DNA of 64,000 nucleotides from Phycisphaerales bacterium (GCA_965227775.1 OZ245777.1:2496001-2560000); one strand, 5' to 3'; positions 28,052-38,267 are shown, numbered from the stretch's first letter. Numbers and translations are program-made. The notes: a model not told the origin generated them from the sequence alone.

Positions 28052-28792
28052 ATGACCATCCTGATCTGGATCTTGGGCATCGCCGGCGTCCTGCTCGTGC
28101 TGGTCTATGCGGTTCTTGTCTCGATGATCATCAAGGTTTCGCGTATCGTCCCTGCCGAGGCATTGTCCTTGCTCGACGAGGACGGGACAGACGAGCTCAT
28201 CAAGAAGCTCGCGCCGATCTCGGAGTATGCCGAAGCGAAGGGGCTCCCGTTTGCGTGTGCGATCGTTGCCAAAGCGCCTGGGTCAGAGATCCGGGAAGCT
28301 ACCTGGGAACTCTCACCCGACCACAGCTATCTCTCCGCCACCGATCGGCCCGATGGCACGGCGCGTGTGAACTTCTCGACGGCCCTCAAGGCCCGCTCGA
28401 CGGGCGAGCGGGCCTTCGTGATCACGTCCAACAACGGTGATCTTGCACGAGGCCATCCACATCTAAGCTTCTCCAGCGAGGTCTTTCGGACGGACTCGCT
28501 GGCCGAACTCGAGCGGAGGCACGAGCACGCCGTCGGGTACATGCAGCGCGAAGGGTACTGTGAGCCTCTGGCCATCAGAGTTCCGCTCATCGACATCGCC
28601 ATCGAGCTCGCCGAGCAGCAACTCAGCGAAATCAAGGGCAAGCCGCTGCAGATCCTGCTCTATCCGGCACGGTACATTCTGGCTGCCATGACGAAGTTCG
28701 GGCGATCCATCGAGCAGCGGTACCCGATTCGCAGCAAGCACATGAAAAGGCTGCGTGGCGAGATGATGCACTCGCCACGCAGCTTCGGCTGA
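28052..28792 (+). CDS. Hypothetical protein with N-terminal membrane anchor
   Basis: Hydrophobic first ~27 aa; starts 12 nt after the scoA stop. Confidence 0.7.
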   Translation: MTILIWILGIAGVLLVLVYAVLVSMIIKVSRIVPAEALSLLDEDGTDELIKKLAPISEYAEAKGLPFACAIVAKAPGSEIREATWELSPDHSYLSATDRPDGTARVNFSTALKARSTGERAFVITSNNGDLARGHPHLSFSSEVFRTDSLAELERRHEHAVGYMQREGYCEPLAIRVPLIDIAIELAEQQLSEIKGKPLQILLYPARYILAAMTKFGRSIEQRYPIRSKHMKRLRGEMMHSPRSFG

Positions 28793-28819
28793 TCTGCTCG
28801 TTATCGAGATGCTTGCGCT

Positions 28820-29401
28820 TTACTGGCCAGCGTCGGCCGCGGGCTGTTCAGTGGGGGCGGCCTTCTCGCTCTTCTTGCTGCCGGGCTCGATGAGGTTGCC
28901 CTCGTTGTCGAACTCCATCTCTTCGCGCTCATCCTCGTCGATCGTGCGATCGGGCTCGACGAACACGCGGATGTGGCTTTCCAGGTCGGCGGCGAACTTC
29001 AGCAGCACCTCGTAGTTGTCGACGCGCTTCATCGCGTAGGGCAGGCGCACCTCGCGGGGCTTCACGTCGAAGCCAAGCGACCCCAGGGCATTGGAGATGT
29101 CTTGCTGCGTGACGGCACCGTAGAGCACGCCCTGATCGTTGCAGGCCCGGATCATGGTGATCTCCTGGCCATCGAGCTTGCCGGCCATCTCCTCACGCTT
29201 GGAGCGGAGTGCGGCGACTTCCTTCTCCGCCTGGGCGCGCCTGTCGGCCAGCTGCTTGATCAGCTCGTCATCGGGTTCGGTCGCCAGGCCGCGCGGTAGC
29301 AGGAAATTCCGGGCATAGCCAGCCCGGACCTTCACGACATCGCCGACGATGCCGAGGTTGTCCACGTTCTCAACAAGCAGGAGATTCAGATCACGAGCCA
29401 T
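28820..29401 (-). CDS. rplI: 50S ribosomal protein L9
   Basis: LGIVGDVVKVRAGYARNFLLPRGLA and LYGAVT motifs; acidic C-terminal extension. Confidence 0.95.
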   Translation of the reverse strand: MARDLNLLLVENVDNLGIVGDVVKVRAGYARNFLLPRGLATEPDDELIKQLADRRAQAEKEVAALRSKREEMAGKLDGQEITMIRACNDQGVLYGAVTQQDISNALGSLGFDVKPREVRLPYAMKRVDNYEVLLKFAADLESHIRVFVEPDRTIDEDEREEMEFDNEGNLIEPGSKKSEKAAPTEQPAADAGQ

Positions 29402-29523
29402 GGTCGCTGTCCTTTCCGCCCGCATGGGGCCGGAGAGTTAAGGAGCCCAACGGTTGGAGATAGGCCCCAGCGTCTTGTGTCCAGCGGTCGATCCGCCGGG
29501 CTGAGAGTTTAGGCAGGATTGCT

Positions 29524-29988
29524 TCAGAACGGGATGTCGTCGTCCGGCGGCACGGGGTCACTGTCGTAGCTGCCGCCCCCGTAGTTGCCCCCACCGCCCT
29601 GGTTGCCGCCGCCACCGCCGCCGGAGTACCCACCTCCGCCGCCACCACCCCCCTGGCCGCTGTCGATGAACTGGAAGCTCTCGACGACGACCTTGAGCTT
29701 GCTGCGGTTGTTGCCCTGTTGGTCCTGCCATTGGTCGAGCTTCAGGCGTCCCTCGATGAACACAGGCCGGCCCTTGCGGAGGTACTGGGCCATCACTTCG
29801 GCCGTGCGACCGAACGCGTCGCAGTCGACGAAGGTCACTTCCTCGCGCTGCTCGCCGTCCTGTGTGCGGAACTTCCGATTCACCGCGAGCCCGACCTGAG
29901 CGACGGCGGTGTTCTTGGGCGTATGACGCAGTTCGATGTCACGGGTCAGGTTGCCCATGAGCAACACGCGGTTGTAGCTGCCGGCCAT
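29524..29988 (-). CDS. ssb: Single-stranded DNA-binding protein
   Basis: NRVLLMGNLTRD, KGRPVFIEGRL, Gly-rich linker, C-terminal DDDIPF. Confidence 0.97.
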   Translation of the reverse strand: MAGSYNRVLLMGNLTRDIELRHTPKNTAVAQVGLAVNRKFRTQDGEQREEVTFVDCDAFGRTAEVMAQYLRKGRPVFIEGRLKLDQWQDQQGNNRSKLKVVVESFQFIDSGQGGGGGGGGYSGGGGGGNQGGGGNYGGGSYDSDPVPPDDDIPF

Positions 29989-30033
29989 GGCGGTCCTCCC
30001 AGAGGGTGCGTGCGAAGCGAGAGGCTAGACAGG

Positions 30034-30579
30034 TCAGGCGTTGGCGGGCTCGGTCGACGAGTCGGTGTCGGCGTTCTGCTCGCCTTCGCCATTCCCTTCG
30101 CCTTCGGTCTCACCCTCGTCCTTCGAGCCCGTGTGGTCGAGCGGCGTGTCCTCGATCGGGCGGCCCATCCGCACGCCGGAGTCCTGCTCTTCTTCGGCCT
30201 CGCTGGCCTTCTCGGCACGGAGCTTCGCCTCGCCCATGAGGGCCTCACGAGCGTCCGCGGCCTTCATCTCCTCGAGCGTGAGGTGGTCGGCCCGGGTGAC
30301 GAGCACGCGCATGATGGTCTCGCTCATCTGCGTGTCGCGGTCGAGCTGGGCGATGTTCTGGGCGGGCGCCTCAAAGTAGGCCAGGATGTACAGGCCTCGC
30401 TTCTGCTTCTCAATCTCGAAGGCGAGGCGCCGCTCATCCCATTTGGCCATCGCAACGAGCGTGGCGCCGCAGCGCTCCAGCAGCTCATCGATGTGGGTAA
30501 TGACCGAGCCGAGGTCGGCAGCGGTGGACTGGCCGATCAGGAACATGGCCTCGTAGTGGTACGTGCGCTCTGGGGGCAT
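30034..30579 (-). CDS. rpsF: 30S ribosomal protein S6
   Basis: YEAMFLI, WDERRLAFEI..GLYILAYF and IMRVLV motifs; long acidic tail. Confidence 0.93.
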   Translation of the reverse strand: MPPERTYHYEAMFLIGQSTAADLGSVITHIDELLERCGATLVAMAKWDERRLAFEIEKQKRGLYILAYFEAPAQNIAQLDRDTQMSETIMRVLVTRADHLTLEEMKAADAREALMGEAKLRAEKASEAEEEQDSGVRMGRPIEDTPLDHTGSKDEGETEGEGNGEGEQNADTDSSTEPANA

Positions 30580-30580
30580 G

Positions 30581-31315
30581 TCAGGAGTCCTTTGCCGGTC
30601 TGTCCGGCGATTGGTGACCGGCCGGGGCATAGCCGCCCGGGCCATGGGTTTGATCACTGGGGTCCTCGCGCGAGGCATCCCCGGGACGATTCGTGCTATT
30701 CGATGCTTCGGGAGCCTTGGGCTTTCCACCCTTGGCCTTCTTCTCTTCGGGCGTGTTGAAGCGGTTCATGGCTTCGACGATGCCGTCCTTCACCCAGCAC
30801 TCTGCAGCATCTGCTGCGCTCGCGAGCGCGGGCTTGAGGGCTTCGGCCTGTTCCTGAGTAAATCGCCCCAGCACATAGCCAACCTGGCTCGCACCCTGGG
30901 GCTTGCTATCCACACCAACACGAAGACGTGCGTATGCGTCGCCTCCGGCTGCTCGCGCGACGTCGGCCAAGCCGTTGTGGCCGCCATCGCCGCCGCGAGC
31001 CCGCAAGCGAATGCCGCCCAGCGGCAGGTTGACGTCATCGACGATGATGAGCAGGTCGCTCACAGGCTCGAGCTTGTAGAACCGCAGCGCCTCACCCACG
31101 GTAAGGCCGCTTTTGTTCATGAACGTCGTTGGCTTGGCAAGCATGACCTTCTCGTTGCCGATCATGCACTCCAGGGTGGCCGCATGGAAACGACCGCGCG
31201 CCACGCCCCCGCCGGCGTGCCGCCGTGCGAGCTCGTCGAGCACCATGAACCCGGCATTGTGCCGCGTGTTCTCGTACTCGCTTCCCGGATTGCCAAGACC
31301 GACGATCAGCTTCAT
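30581..31315 (-). CDS. pth: Peptidyl-tRNA hydrolase
   Basis: MKLIVGLGNPG, TRHNAGF, KPTTFMNKSG and GGHNGL motifs. Confidence 0.96.
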   Translation of the reverse strand: MKLIVGLGNPGSEYENTRHNAGFMVLDELARRHAGGGVARGRFHAATLECMIGNEKVMLAKPTTFMNKSGLTVGEALRFYKLEPVSDLLIIVDDVNLPLGGIRLRARGGDGGHNGLADVARAAGGDAYARLRVGVDSKPQGASQVGYVLGRFTQEQAEALKPALASAADAAECWVKDGIVEAMNRFNTPEEKKAKGGKPKAPEASNSTNRPGDASREDPSDQTHGPGGYAPAGHQSPDRPAKDS

Positions 31316-31341
31316 GCAAACCCTTGGTTCGGGGCGGGGGC

Positions 31342-31998
31342 TTAGCCCTCGTCCTTGTCGCCCTCGTCCTTCTTCTCGGTAATGACCTCGGGAGACGCCG
31401 CGGCATCGACCTCGCTCTGCTCGCTGGTCTCTTCGACCTCGGCCTTGATGAAGATGCTCACGACCCGCGTCTCGGGCGGGGTCAGCAGCTTCATGGTCTC
31501 CTTGGGCAACGGGATCTGGGCCGCCGTGATCATCTCGTCGACGCCGAGGTCGCTGATGTCGACCTCGAGCACGTCGGGCAGGTTCGTCACTGCGCACTCG
31601 AGCTGCAGTTCTGTCACGGGGTGGGTCAGCACGGCGCCCGCGGCCTTCAAGCCCTTGGCATTGCCGATGAATTCCAGCGGTACGGTTACCTCGACACGCT
31701 CGGAAAGGTCCACGCGGCGGAAGTCGGCATGGATGATCTCGGTGCCAAGATGATCGAACTGCAGGTCCTGCAGCAGCACGAACTCGTTCTCAGCCCCTTC
31801 CAACTCGAGCACGAACACACGCTCGCCCTTCGAGAAGTGGATGTTGGCCTCGTGCGCGTCGAACTCGACCGACATCGGATCCTGGCCGTGGCCATAGACC
31901 ACCGCCGGGAGGCCGCCGCGATCGCGCAGCCGCTTGGAGTATCGCGAGCCGGATCGCTCACGCTTGCGGGCGGGTAGGGTTGGTGCGTCTTCATGCAT
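31342..31998 (-). CDS. rplY: 50S ribosomal protein L25/Ctc
   Basis: LPAVVYGHG, HADFRRV and C-terminal Ctc beta domain. Confidence 0.95.
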   Translation of the reverse strand: MHEDAPTLPARKRERSGSRYSKRLRDRGGLPAVVYGHGQDPMSVEFDAHEANIHFSKGERVFVLELEGAENEFVLLQDLQFDHLGTEIIHADFRRVDLSERVEVTVPLEFIGNAKGLKAAGAVLTHPVTELQLECAVTNLPDVLEVDISDLGVDEMITAAQIPLPKETMKLLTPPETRVVSIFIKAEVEETSEQSEVDAAASPEVITEKKDEGDKDEG

Positions 31999-32043
31999 GG
32001 CAAGCTCTCCTGGGCGATGCGGTGCATCGCGCTCGTGTCTCTG

Positions 32044-33024
32044 TTATCGTTTCGCGCCGGCGGCGTCGCGCAGCAGCGCGCTCACGGATTGGTCGTGGTG
32101 GATGTTGTGGATCGCGTCGCCGAGCAGCGGGCCCAGGCAAAGCTCAACGAGCTTGCCTTCCAGCCGCTTGGCACGATCACTGAGCGGGATGGTGTTGGTC
32201 ACGATGACCTGGCTGATCGGGCTCTCGATCAGGCGATCGATGGCAGGGCCGACCAGCACCGGATGCGTCGCGGCAACCATGACTTCCTTGGCCCCCTGAT
32301 CCATGACGAATCGGGCGGCCTCGCAGACGGTGCCGGCGGTCGAGATCATGTCGTCGAACATCAGGACCGTCTTGTCCCGGACATTGCCGATGAGCGTGTC
32401 GGTAATGACCTCGCTGCCGCTGACGCGCTTCTTGTTGATGATCGCCAGGTCGGCCGAAAGTAGGTTCTGCATCGCTTCGGCCATCTTCACGTTGCCCACG
32501 TCGGGGCTCACTAGGCAGAGGTCACCCAGTCGATCGCGATGCTCCCGGAAGTAGTCGAGGAAGACTGGCGTCGCCGACAGGTGATCGGTCGGCAGGTCGA
32601 AGAAGCCCTGGATCTGAGCGGCGTGCAGATCGATAGCCAGCACCCGGTCGGCGCCGGCCGCGGTGATCAGGTTGGCGACCAGCTTCGCGGTGATGGGCAC
32701 GCGGCCCTCGTCCTTGCGATCCTGCCGCCCGTAGCCAAAGTAAGGAATCACCAGCGTGATGCGCTTCGCCGACGCGCGCCGCAGGCAATCGATGAAGATG
32801 AACAGTTCCATCATGTTGTCGTTGACCGGATGGCACGTCGACAAGATCACGAAGCAGTCACGGCCACGGACGTCCTCGTCGAGCTTGACGAGCAGTTCGT
32901 CGTCGGGGAAGGCCATCGTTCGAGCACTGCCCAACGGCAACTCCAGATGGGCACAAACCCGCTCTGACAGCTCTTTGCTGTAGCGGCCGCTGAAGATCTT
33001 CAACTGGTTGGGATCGATCTTCAT
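32044..33024 (-). CDS. prs: Ribose-phosphate pyrophosphokinase
   Basis: PYFGYGRQDRK, DLHAAQIQGFF, VSPDVG and DDMISTAGT motifs. Confidence 0.97.
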   Translation of the reverse strand: MKIDPNQLKIFSGRYSKELSERVCAHLELPLGSARTMAFPDDELLVKLDEDVRGRDCFVILSTCHPVNDNMMELFIFIDCLRRASAKRITLVIPYFGYGRQDRKDEGRVPITAKLVANLITAAGADRVLAIDLHAAQIQGFFDLPTDHLSATPVFLDYFREHRDRLGDLCLVSPDVGNVKMAEAMQNLLSADLAIINKKRVSGSEVITDTLIGNVRDKTVLMFDDMISTAGTVCEAARFVMDQGAKEVMVAATHPVLVGPAIDRLIESPISQVIVTNTIPLSDRAKRLEGKLVELCLGPLLGDAIHNIHHDQSVSALLRDAAGAKR

Positions 33025-33821
33025 GTGCGCGTCCCTTCCGCGGCGGCGTGCCGCTGGCGGTAGATCCGATCGACCTCGGCCAATTGCTCGGGGGTGTTGA
33101 TACTCAGCACGTCCTCGGCTGGGACGGCATCGACCACCTCGACCCGGGCTCCGCCGGCAAGCAGGAGCGCGGGCACGTCGGTCAGGTAGTACTCGCCGGT
33201 CTTCGGGTTCCGCTCCACGTTTCGCAGCGCGTCCATGAGCGGGCCGAGCTTGAAGCAGTAGTAGCTCGGGTTGATCTCTCGGATGAGGAGCTCTTCGTCT
33301 GTAGCGTTCTTCTGCTCGACGATGCGAGCAAACCGGCCGTCGCCGTCGCGAACGATGCGGCCATAGCCAGTGGGATTGTCAACGACGGCGGTCGCAAGCG
33401 TGGCTGCGGCGTTGGCATCGCGGTGAGTGTCCAGAAGGGTCCGAATAGTCTCCTGCCGGATCAGCGGTCCGTCGCCACAGAGCACGAGCACGTCGGCGTC
33501 CGGCGAGACGTCTGCGAGTTCGCTCTCGGCCGCTAGAACGGCATGCCCGGTACCCAACTGCTCTGCCTGCAGCGCGAATCGGACGTCGCCTTCGGAGCCG
33601 TCGAGCGCCGATTCGACGTGGTTGCGCCCGTGCCCAACCACCGCGACCACTGGCGAACATCCGACCGCATGGCACGCCTCGGACACGATCGACACCATCG
33701 GGCGGCCGCCGACCTGATGCACAACCTTGGGCAGATCGCTGCCCATGCGGGTGCCCTTGCCTGCGGCCAGGATGATCGCGCAGGGACCGTTGTCGCCGTG
33801 ATTTGCGTCAGGTTCGCTCAC
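33021..33821 (-). CDS. GlmU-like nucleotidyltransferase (N-terminal uridyltransferase domain only)
   Basis: ILAAGKGTRM.SDLPKV, QLGTGHAV, GYGRIVR and EYYLTD motifs; ends before any hexapeptide-repeat domain; GGGAG before GTG 33821. Confidence 0.9.
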   Translation of the reverse strand: MSEPDANHGDNGPCAIILAAGKGTRMGSDLPKVVHQVGGRPMVSIVSEACHAVGCSPVVAVVGHGRNHVESALDGSEGDVRFALQAEQLGTGHAVLAAESELADVSPDADVLVLCGDGPLIRQETIRTLLDTHRDANAAATLATAVVDNPTGYGRIVRDGDGRFARIVEQKNATDEELLIREINPSYYCFKLGPLMDALRNVERNPKTGEYYLTDVPALLLAGGARVEVVDAVPAEDVLSINTPEQLAEVDRIYRQRHAAAEGTRT

Positions 33822-33874
33822 GCTGCTCCCGAGGGAATCGGAACCGCAGCGGCGGCGAGCGGGGCACCGGGAAA

Positions 33875-33945
33875 CTACCCGACCAGGATTCGAACCTGGA
33901 CTTTCAGTACCAAAAACTGAAGTGCTACCATTACACCATCGGGCA
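33875..33945 (-). tRNA. tRNA-Gln (TTG)
   Basis: Minus strand TGCCCGATGGTGTAATGGTAGCAC...TCAGT-TTTTGGT-ACTGA...GGTTCGAATCC TGGTCGGGTAG. Confidence 0.95.
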
Positions 33946-34297
33946 GTGAGATCTGCTCGGTGCGCTCGCGGCCGGCGGTGCTCCTTGCCAATCGTGCCAA
34001 AGCACGAACCCATGCCTTCATCACGCCGGGACCATCCCGACGCGGCGGTGGCACGGGGCGATACAGAACGCTGGGATTGGCTCAGGCCGCTCCCGAAACG
34101 CTCGCACGCTGGCTCTTAGAGCTGGATCACCGATCTGGGCCTACACCCGTCGGCAACCCCTGCCTGCGCCTCGCCTCTGGAGGCCCCATCGGGCGTTCCT
34201 TGGCTCATCGCAGCCGGCTCCCGTCCTGCCGCTTCGCGAGGCGGATGGTAGCACCCAGGCCGACGCCGAGGACGCCTGGCTCTACGCTTGAGCCACG

Positions 34298-35524
34298 ATG
34301 GTTCGCCTTGGCATGGTCATTTCGATTTTCATGGTTGCTGCCGCTGGGAAAGCGGCCCAGGACGATGCTTCGATGACGGCGCCGGTTGACCTGCGAGTGG
34401 CCTCGTTCAACATGGAGGACGTGTCGACCAGCGATCTGCTTGTGAACGACCAGCCCCGTGTGAAGGCCCTGGCCGAGGTGCTCCAGCGGCTCCGGCCGAC
34501 CGTGGTGCTCATCAATGAGATCGCTTACGACTGGCACGGCGTGCCTGGGGTGCCGCTCGACGAGCCCGAGGGTTCAAACGGCAGGCGTTTTGTTGATCAC
34601 TACCTTGAGGTCAGCCAGGGCGAGGGCCTCGAGCCGTTGCGATACCGAGCGGTCATGCTGCCCTCCAACACGGGGCGGCCCAGTGGCTTCGACTTGGACA
34701 ACGACGGCGAGGTCATGACCGCCTATCCGCGGCCCGCTCGCTCCAACGAGCAAGGCATGGCGGCCGCTCAGACCGAGGAAGGCCGGGCCTTCGGCAACGA
34801 CAGCTGGGGCTTCGGCACCTATCCGGGCCAATACGCCATGGCCCTGCTCGTCGATCACCGTCTTGACGTGCTCGACGAGCAGATCCGCTCGTTCCGACTG
34901 CTGCCGTGGAACGCCATGCCCGACGCACGTCGGCCTATGAACGACGACGGAACGCAGTGGTACGACGACGAAGAGTGGGAGGCGATGCGCTTGAGCTCAA
35001 AGTCCCATTGGGACGTTCCCGTGAAGCTGCCCAATGGCGCCGTTGTGCACGTTCTGTGCAGCCATCCAACCCCTCCGGCGTTCGACGGCCCCGAAGGTCG
35101 CAACAAGGCCCGCAACCACGACGAGATCCGATTCTGGGACGACTACCTCGACGATCGAAGCTGGATCGCGGACGACCAGGGCCGCGGAGGTGGACTGCGC
35201 CGCGATAAGTTGTTCGTGATTCTGGGCGATCTCAACGCCGACCCGGAGAAAGGAAGCGACATCGGCGATGCCATTGGCCGCCTGATGAGGAACCCAAGGG
35301 TGCAGCGGATCGAGGCCCCCCGTCACCAAGCAGACGTTGAGGGGCTGGAGCCGACGGACACCGCCCGCTTCGGTTTACGCGTCGACTACGTGCTTCCCAG
35401 CAGGGGCATCGAAATCGTCCGCAGCGGCGTCTGGACGCAAACGCCGACGGCATGGGGCGATTCTGGGACGTTTCCGAGCGATCACTTCCCCGTCTGGGTC
35501 GAACTGACGGTGCCGGCGTGGTAG
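34298..35524 (+). CDS. Secreted endonuclease/exonuclease/phosphatase (EEP) family protein
   Basis: Signal peptide; VASFN, INE, SHPTPP, GDLNAD, RVDYVLP and SDHFPV motifs. Confidence 0.9.
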   Translation: MVRLGMVISIFMVAAAGKAAQDDASMTAPVDLRVASFNMEDVSTSDLLVNDQPRVKALAEVLQRLRPTVVLINEIAYDWHGVPGVPLDEPEGSNGRRFVDHYLEVSQGEGLEPLRYRAVMLPSNTGRPSGFDLDNDGEVMTAYPRPARSNEQGMAAAQTEEGRAFGNDSWGFGTYPGQYAMALLVDHRLDVLDEQIRSFRLLPWNAMPDARRPMNDDGTQWYDDEEWEAMRLSSKSHWDVPVKLPNGAVVHVLCSHPTPPAFDGPEGRNKARNHDEIRFWDDYLDDRSWIADDQGRGGGLRRDKLFVILGDLNADPEKGSDIGDAIGRLMRNPRVQRIEAPRHQADVEGLEPTDTARFGLRVDYVLPSRGIEIVRSGVWTQTPTAWGDSGTFPSDHFPVWVELTVPAW

Positions 35525-35628
35525 GTGCTTCGGCAAACCCGCAGAAAGTAGAAAATTTGCGGCCAGACCGCAAAGATTCCTGTGTCACAGAAGGTTTGGC
35601 TGGAAGCGACCCGGAGTCCCCAGTGCAG

Positions 35629-36594
35629 ATGACCCGCATGGAGCAACACGCCGCATCGATCGCCGTCGCACCGGCGGCAGCGCGTGGGCTCAGCATGGCC
35701 GCGCTCTACGAGACGACCAAGCCTCGCATCACGAGGCTGGTCACGATCACGAGCGCCCTTGGGTTCGGGCTCGGTGCGCTCGCGTACAAGCCGGCCACCT
35801 TTGAGTTGATCACCGGCTTCATTGCCGCGATCTTCGGTGCGGGCCTCGCTGCGGCCGGCGCCAACACGCTTAACCAGTGGATGGAGCGCGGCCGCGATGC
35901 CCAAATGCCGCGGACGCGCTCACGGCCGCTTCCAACCAATCGAGTCTCGCCGCGGTCGGTGCTGTTCTTCGGCATCGAGCTTTGCGCACTTGGCGTGATC
36001 CTCGCCTGGGGGCTCGCTGGGCTGCCGGCGGCGGTGCTGATCGCCTCGACGGTGCTGAGCTACCTGTTCTTGTACACCCCGAGCAAGCCAGGCTTGTGGA
36101 GCAGCACGTGGATTGGTGCCGTGCCGGGCGCGCTGCCTCCGGTCATCGGCTGGGCGTGTGCGGGCGGCACGTGGGCTTCGTTGGTCGAGTTTGGACCGTG
36201 GGCGCTCTTTACGATCATGTTCGTCTGGCAGATCCCACACTTTCTGTCCATCGCCTGGATGTACAAGGATGACTATGCAGCGGGCGGATACCGGGTGTTG
36301 CCGGTCGTTGATGCGAGCGGCCGCTGGACATGGGCCATGATGGTGCTCTGGGCGGCCATCCTGCTGCCGGTCACCGTGCTCCCGCCGCTGGCGATGGACG
36401 TCACGCCCGGCTTCATCGCCGTGCCCGCTGGCATCATCGCGGGTCTGTGGTTCCTGTCGCTCACCATTCGTGTCGCCCGCTCTCGCACACGCGACAACGC
36501 CCGCCGGGTGCTCATCGGCTCAGTTATCTACCTGCCCGTGCTGCTCGCAGCCTGGGTGGCCGACGCGGGGCTTGGGGCCGCGCTGGGGTGGTAG
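35629..36594 (+). CDS. cyoE: Protoheme IX farnesyltransferase (heme o synthase)
   Basis: TKPRIT, NQWMERGRDAQMPRTRSRPLP, GAVPGALPP and WQIPHF...DDY motifs; start uncertain (35629 or 35638). Confidence 0.92.
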   Translation: MTRMEQHAASIAVAPAAARGLSMAALYETTKPRITRLVTITSALGFGLGALAYKPATFELITGFIAAIFGAGLAAAGANTLNQWMERGRDAQMPRTRSRPLPTNRVSPRSVLFFGIELCALGVILAWGLAGLPAAVLIASTVLSYLFLYTPSKPGLWSSTWIGAVPGALPPVIGWACAGGTWASLVEFGPWALFTIMFVWQIPHFLSIAWMYKDDYAAGGYRVLPVVDASGRWTWAMMVLWAAILLPVTVLPPLAMDVTPGFIAVPAGIIAGLWFLSLTIRVARSRTRDNARRVLIGSVIYLPVLLAAWVADAGLGAALGW

Positions 36595-37490
36595 CCAGCG
36601 TCGATTGGCTCGTACGACTCGAAGGCGGCGTGGTCGAGCATCGCGTCCGACGAAGCAAGCCAAGGCGTGCGCTCGACGGCGTGACGCTTGATGTGAAGCC
36701 GGGCGATCACGTCGCCCTGCTCGGCCCCAATGGCTCGGGCAAGTCAACGCTCATCAAGGCGATCGCGGGACTGCAGTCGCTCACCGGCGGCACGCTTCGG
36801 TGTCGTGGTGGTCTGAAGCTGGGCGTGGTCTTCCAGCATCCTGCGCTCGACCCGCTCCTCACCGTGCGTGAGAATCTCCGCCTCCAGGCATCCCTCTTCG
36901 GGTTGCGCGATGCGAACGGTGCGATCGAGCGTTTGTGCGCCGAGCAAGCGATCGATGATCGTCTCGACGATCGCGTCAAGACGCTCTCGGGTGGGCTCGC
37001 TCGGCGGGTCGAGTTCGTGCGCGCGATACTGGCCGAGCCCGACGCGCTGCTGCTCGATGAGCCAACGGTGGGGCTCGATCTTCCTGCCCGAGCCGCGTTG
37101 CTCAGGGCCATTGATACGCTGCGACTCACGAATCCGGACATCGCCGTAGTCATGAGCACGCACCTGATGACCGATGCCGAACGATTCGAGCGGGTCGTGA
37201 TGCTCAGCCAGGGTGCCGTCAAGGCCAACGGAAAACCTGAAGAGCTTCTCGGGCAACTGGGTGGCGTCATCGTGTCGATTCCGGCTGGATTCGACGCCGG
37301 CGATTCGATTCCCGCCGATCCCCAAGCCGATGGCTCTGCGATCGCGCGGCCAAAGGACGATGAACAACTGGCGGTGTGGTCGGCGCAGCTTGCCCAGGCC
37401 GGCGTGCCCTTTTCCGTACGCAAGCCAACGTTGGCCGACGCCTACCTGCACGTTGCACGGGCGCCATTGCAGGGCGAGGTCGCGGCGTGA
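36588..37490 (+). CDS. ABC transporter ATP-binding protein
   Basis: GPNGSGKST, LSGG, LLLDEPTVGLD and STH motifs. Confidence 0.9.
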   Translation: MVASVDWLVRLEGGVVEHRVRRSKPRRALDGVTLDVKPGDHVALLGPNGSGKSTLIKAIAGLQSLTGGTLRCRGGLKLGVVFQHPALDPLLTVRENLRLQASLFGLRDANGAIERLCAEQAIDDRLDDRVKTLSGGLARRVEFVRAILAEPDALLLDEPTVGLDLPARAALLRAIDTLRLTNPDIAVVMSTHLMTDAERFERVVMLSQGAVKANGKPEELLGQLGGVIVSIPAGFDAGDSIPADPQADGSAIARPKDDEQLAVWSAQLAQAGVPFSVRKPTLADAYLHVARAPLQGEVAA

Positions 37491-38266
37491 CTGGCGCACG
37501 CGCCTCGAGCGCCCTGGCCCTGCGTGAGGTCCGCCGTCTCTGGCGGCAGCCGCTGCGAATCGTCGTGGCTATTGCGACGCCGGCCACGATGTGGCTGTTT
37601 ATCGCCAGCGGGTTTGGCCACAGCGTGCGGTCGGACGCGCTTGGCGACGAAGCCGGCTCTCTGATCCTCTACCTGCTGCCGGGCATGGCATCGCTGGTCG
37701 TGTTGTTCAATGCGATCTTTGCGTCGATCTCCCTCATCGAAGACCGTCACGAGGGGTTCCTGCAGGCCGTGCTCGTGAGTCCCGCTCCTCGGTGGTCGAT
37801 GGCAGTGGGGAAGCTGCTTGGCGGCGGGATGCTGGGTGTTGCCCAGGCCCTGGTCTTGCTCGTGTTCTCACCGCTGGTGGGAGCTTCGCTGACGCTTGGT
37901 GGCGTTTTGGCTGTGGTCGTCGCGCTTGCGTGTCTCTCGCTGGGCATCACCGGCCTTGGCCTCGCGGCGGCCTGGAAGATCGACTCGGCTTCGGGCTTTC
38001 ACGGCGTGATGAACCTCGTGTTCATGCCCCTATGGCTGCTCAGTGGCGCGATCTTTCCGGTCGAGGGTGCGAGCGGCTGGTTGCGCGCGCTGGCGACCGT
38101 GAACCCGTTGGGCTGGTGCCAGCGGGCGCTGGCATCAGGACTCGGCGGAGGAATTGACGCGCTCGCCGTCGCGCTCTCGGCAGTCTTTGCGGTTTCGGGC
38201 GTGGCCTTGGTGATAATCGTCATGGGGCGCGGCAGGCCCAGTGTTATTGTGAGCGTTGGAGATTGA
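37487..38266 (+). CDS. ABC-2 type transporter permease
   Basis: About 6 TM helices, EDRHEGFLQAVLVSP, LSGAIFP, NPL; GTGA coupling. Confidence 0.9.
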   Translation: MTGARASSALALREVRRLWRQPLRIVVAIATPATMWLFIASGFGHSVRSDALGDEAGSLILYLLPGMASLVVLFNAIFASISLIEDRHEGFLQAVLVSPAPRWSMAVGKLLGGGMLGVAQALVLLVFSPLVGASLTLGGVLAVVVALACLSLGITGLGLAAAWKIDSASGFHGVMNLVFMPLWLLSGAIFPVEGASGWLRALATVNPLGWCQRALASGLGGGIDALAVALSAVFAVSGVALVIIVMGRGRPSVIVSVGD

Positions 38267-38267
38267 C

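Noticed and set aside
29575..29660. Gly-rich repeat in ssb
   Set aside because: Ordinary disordered SSB linker before the DDDIPF tip.
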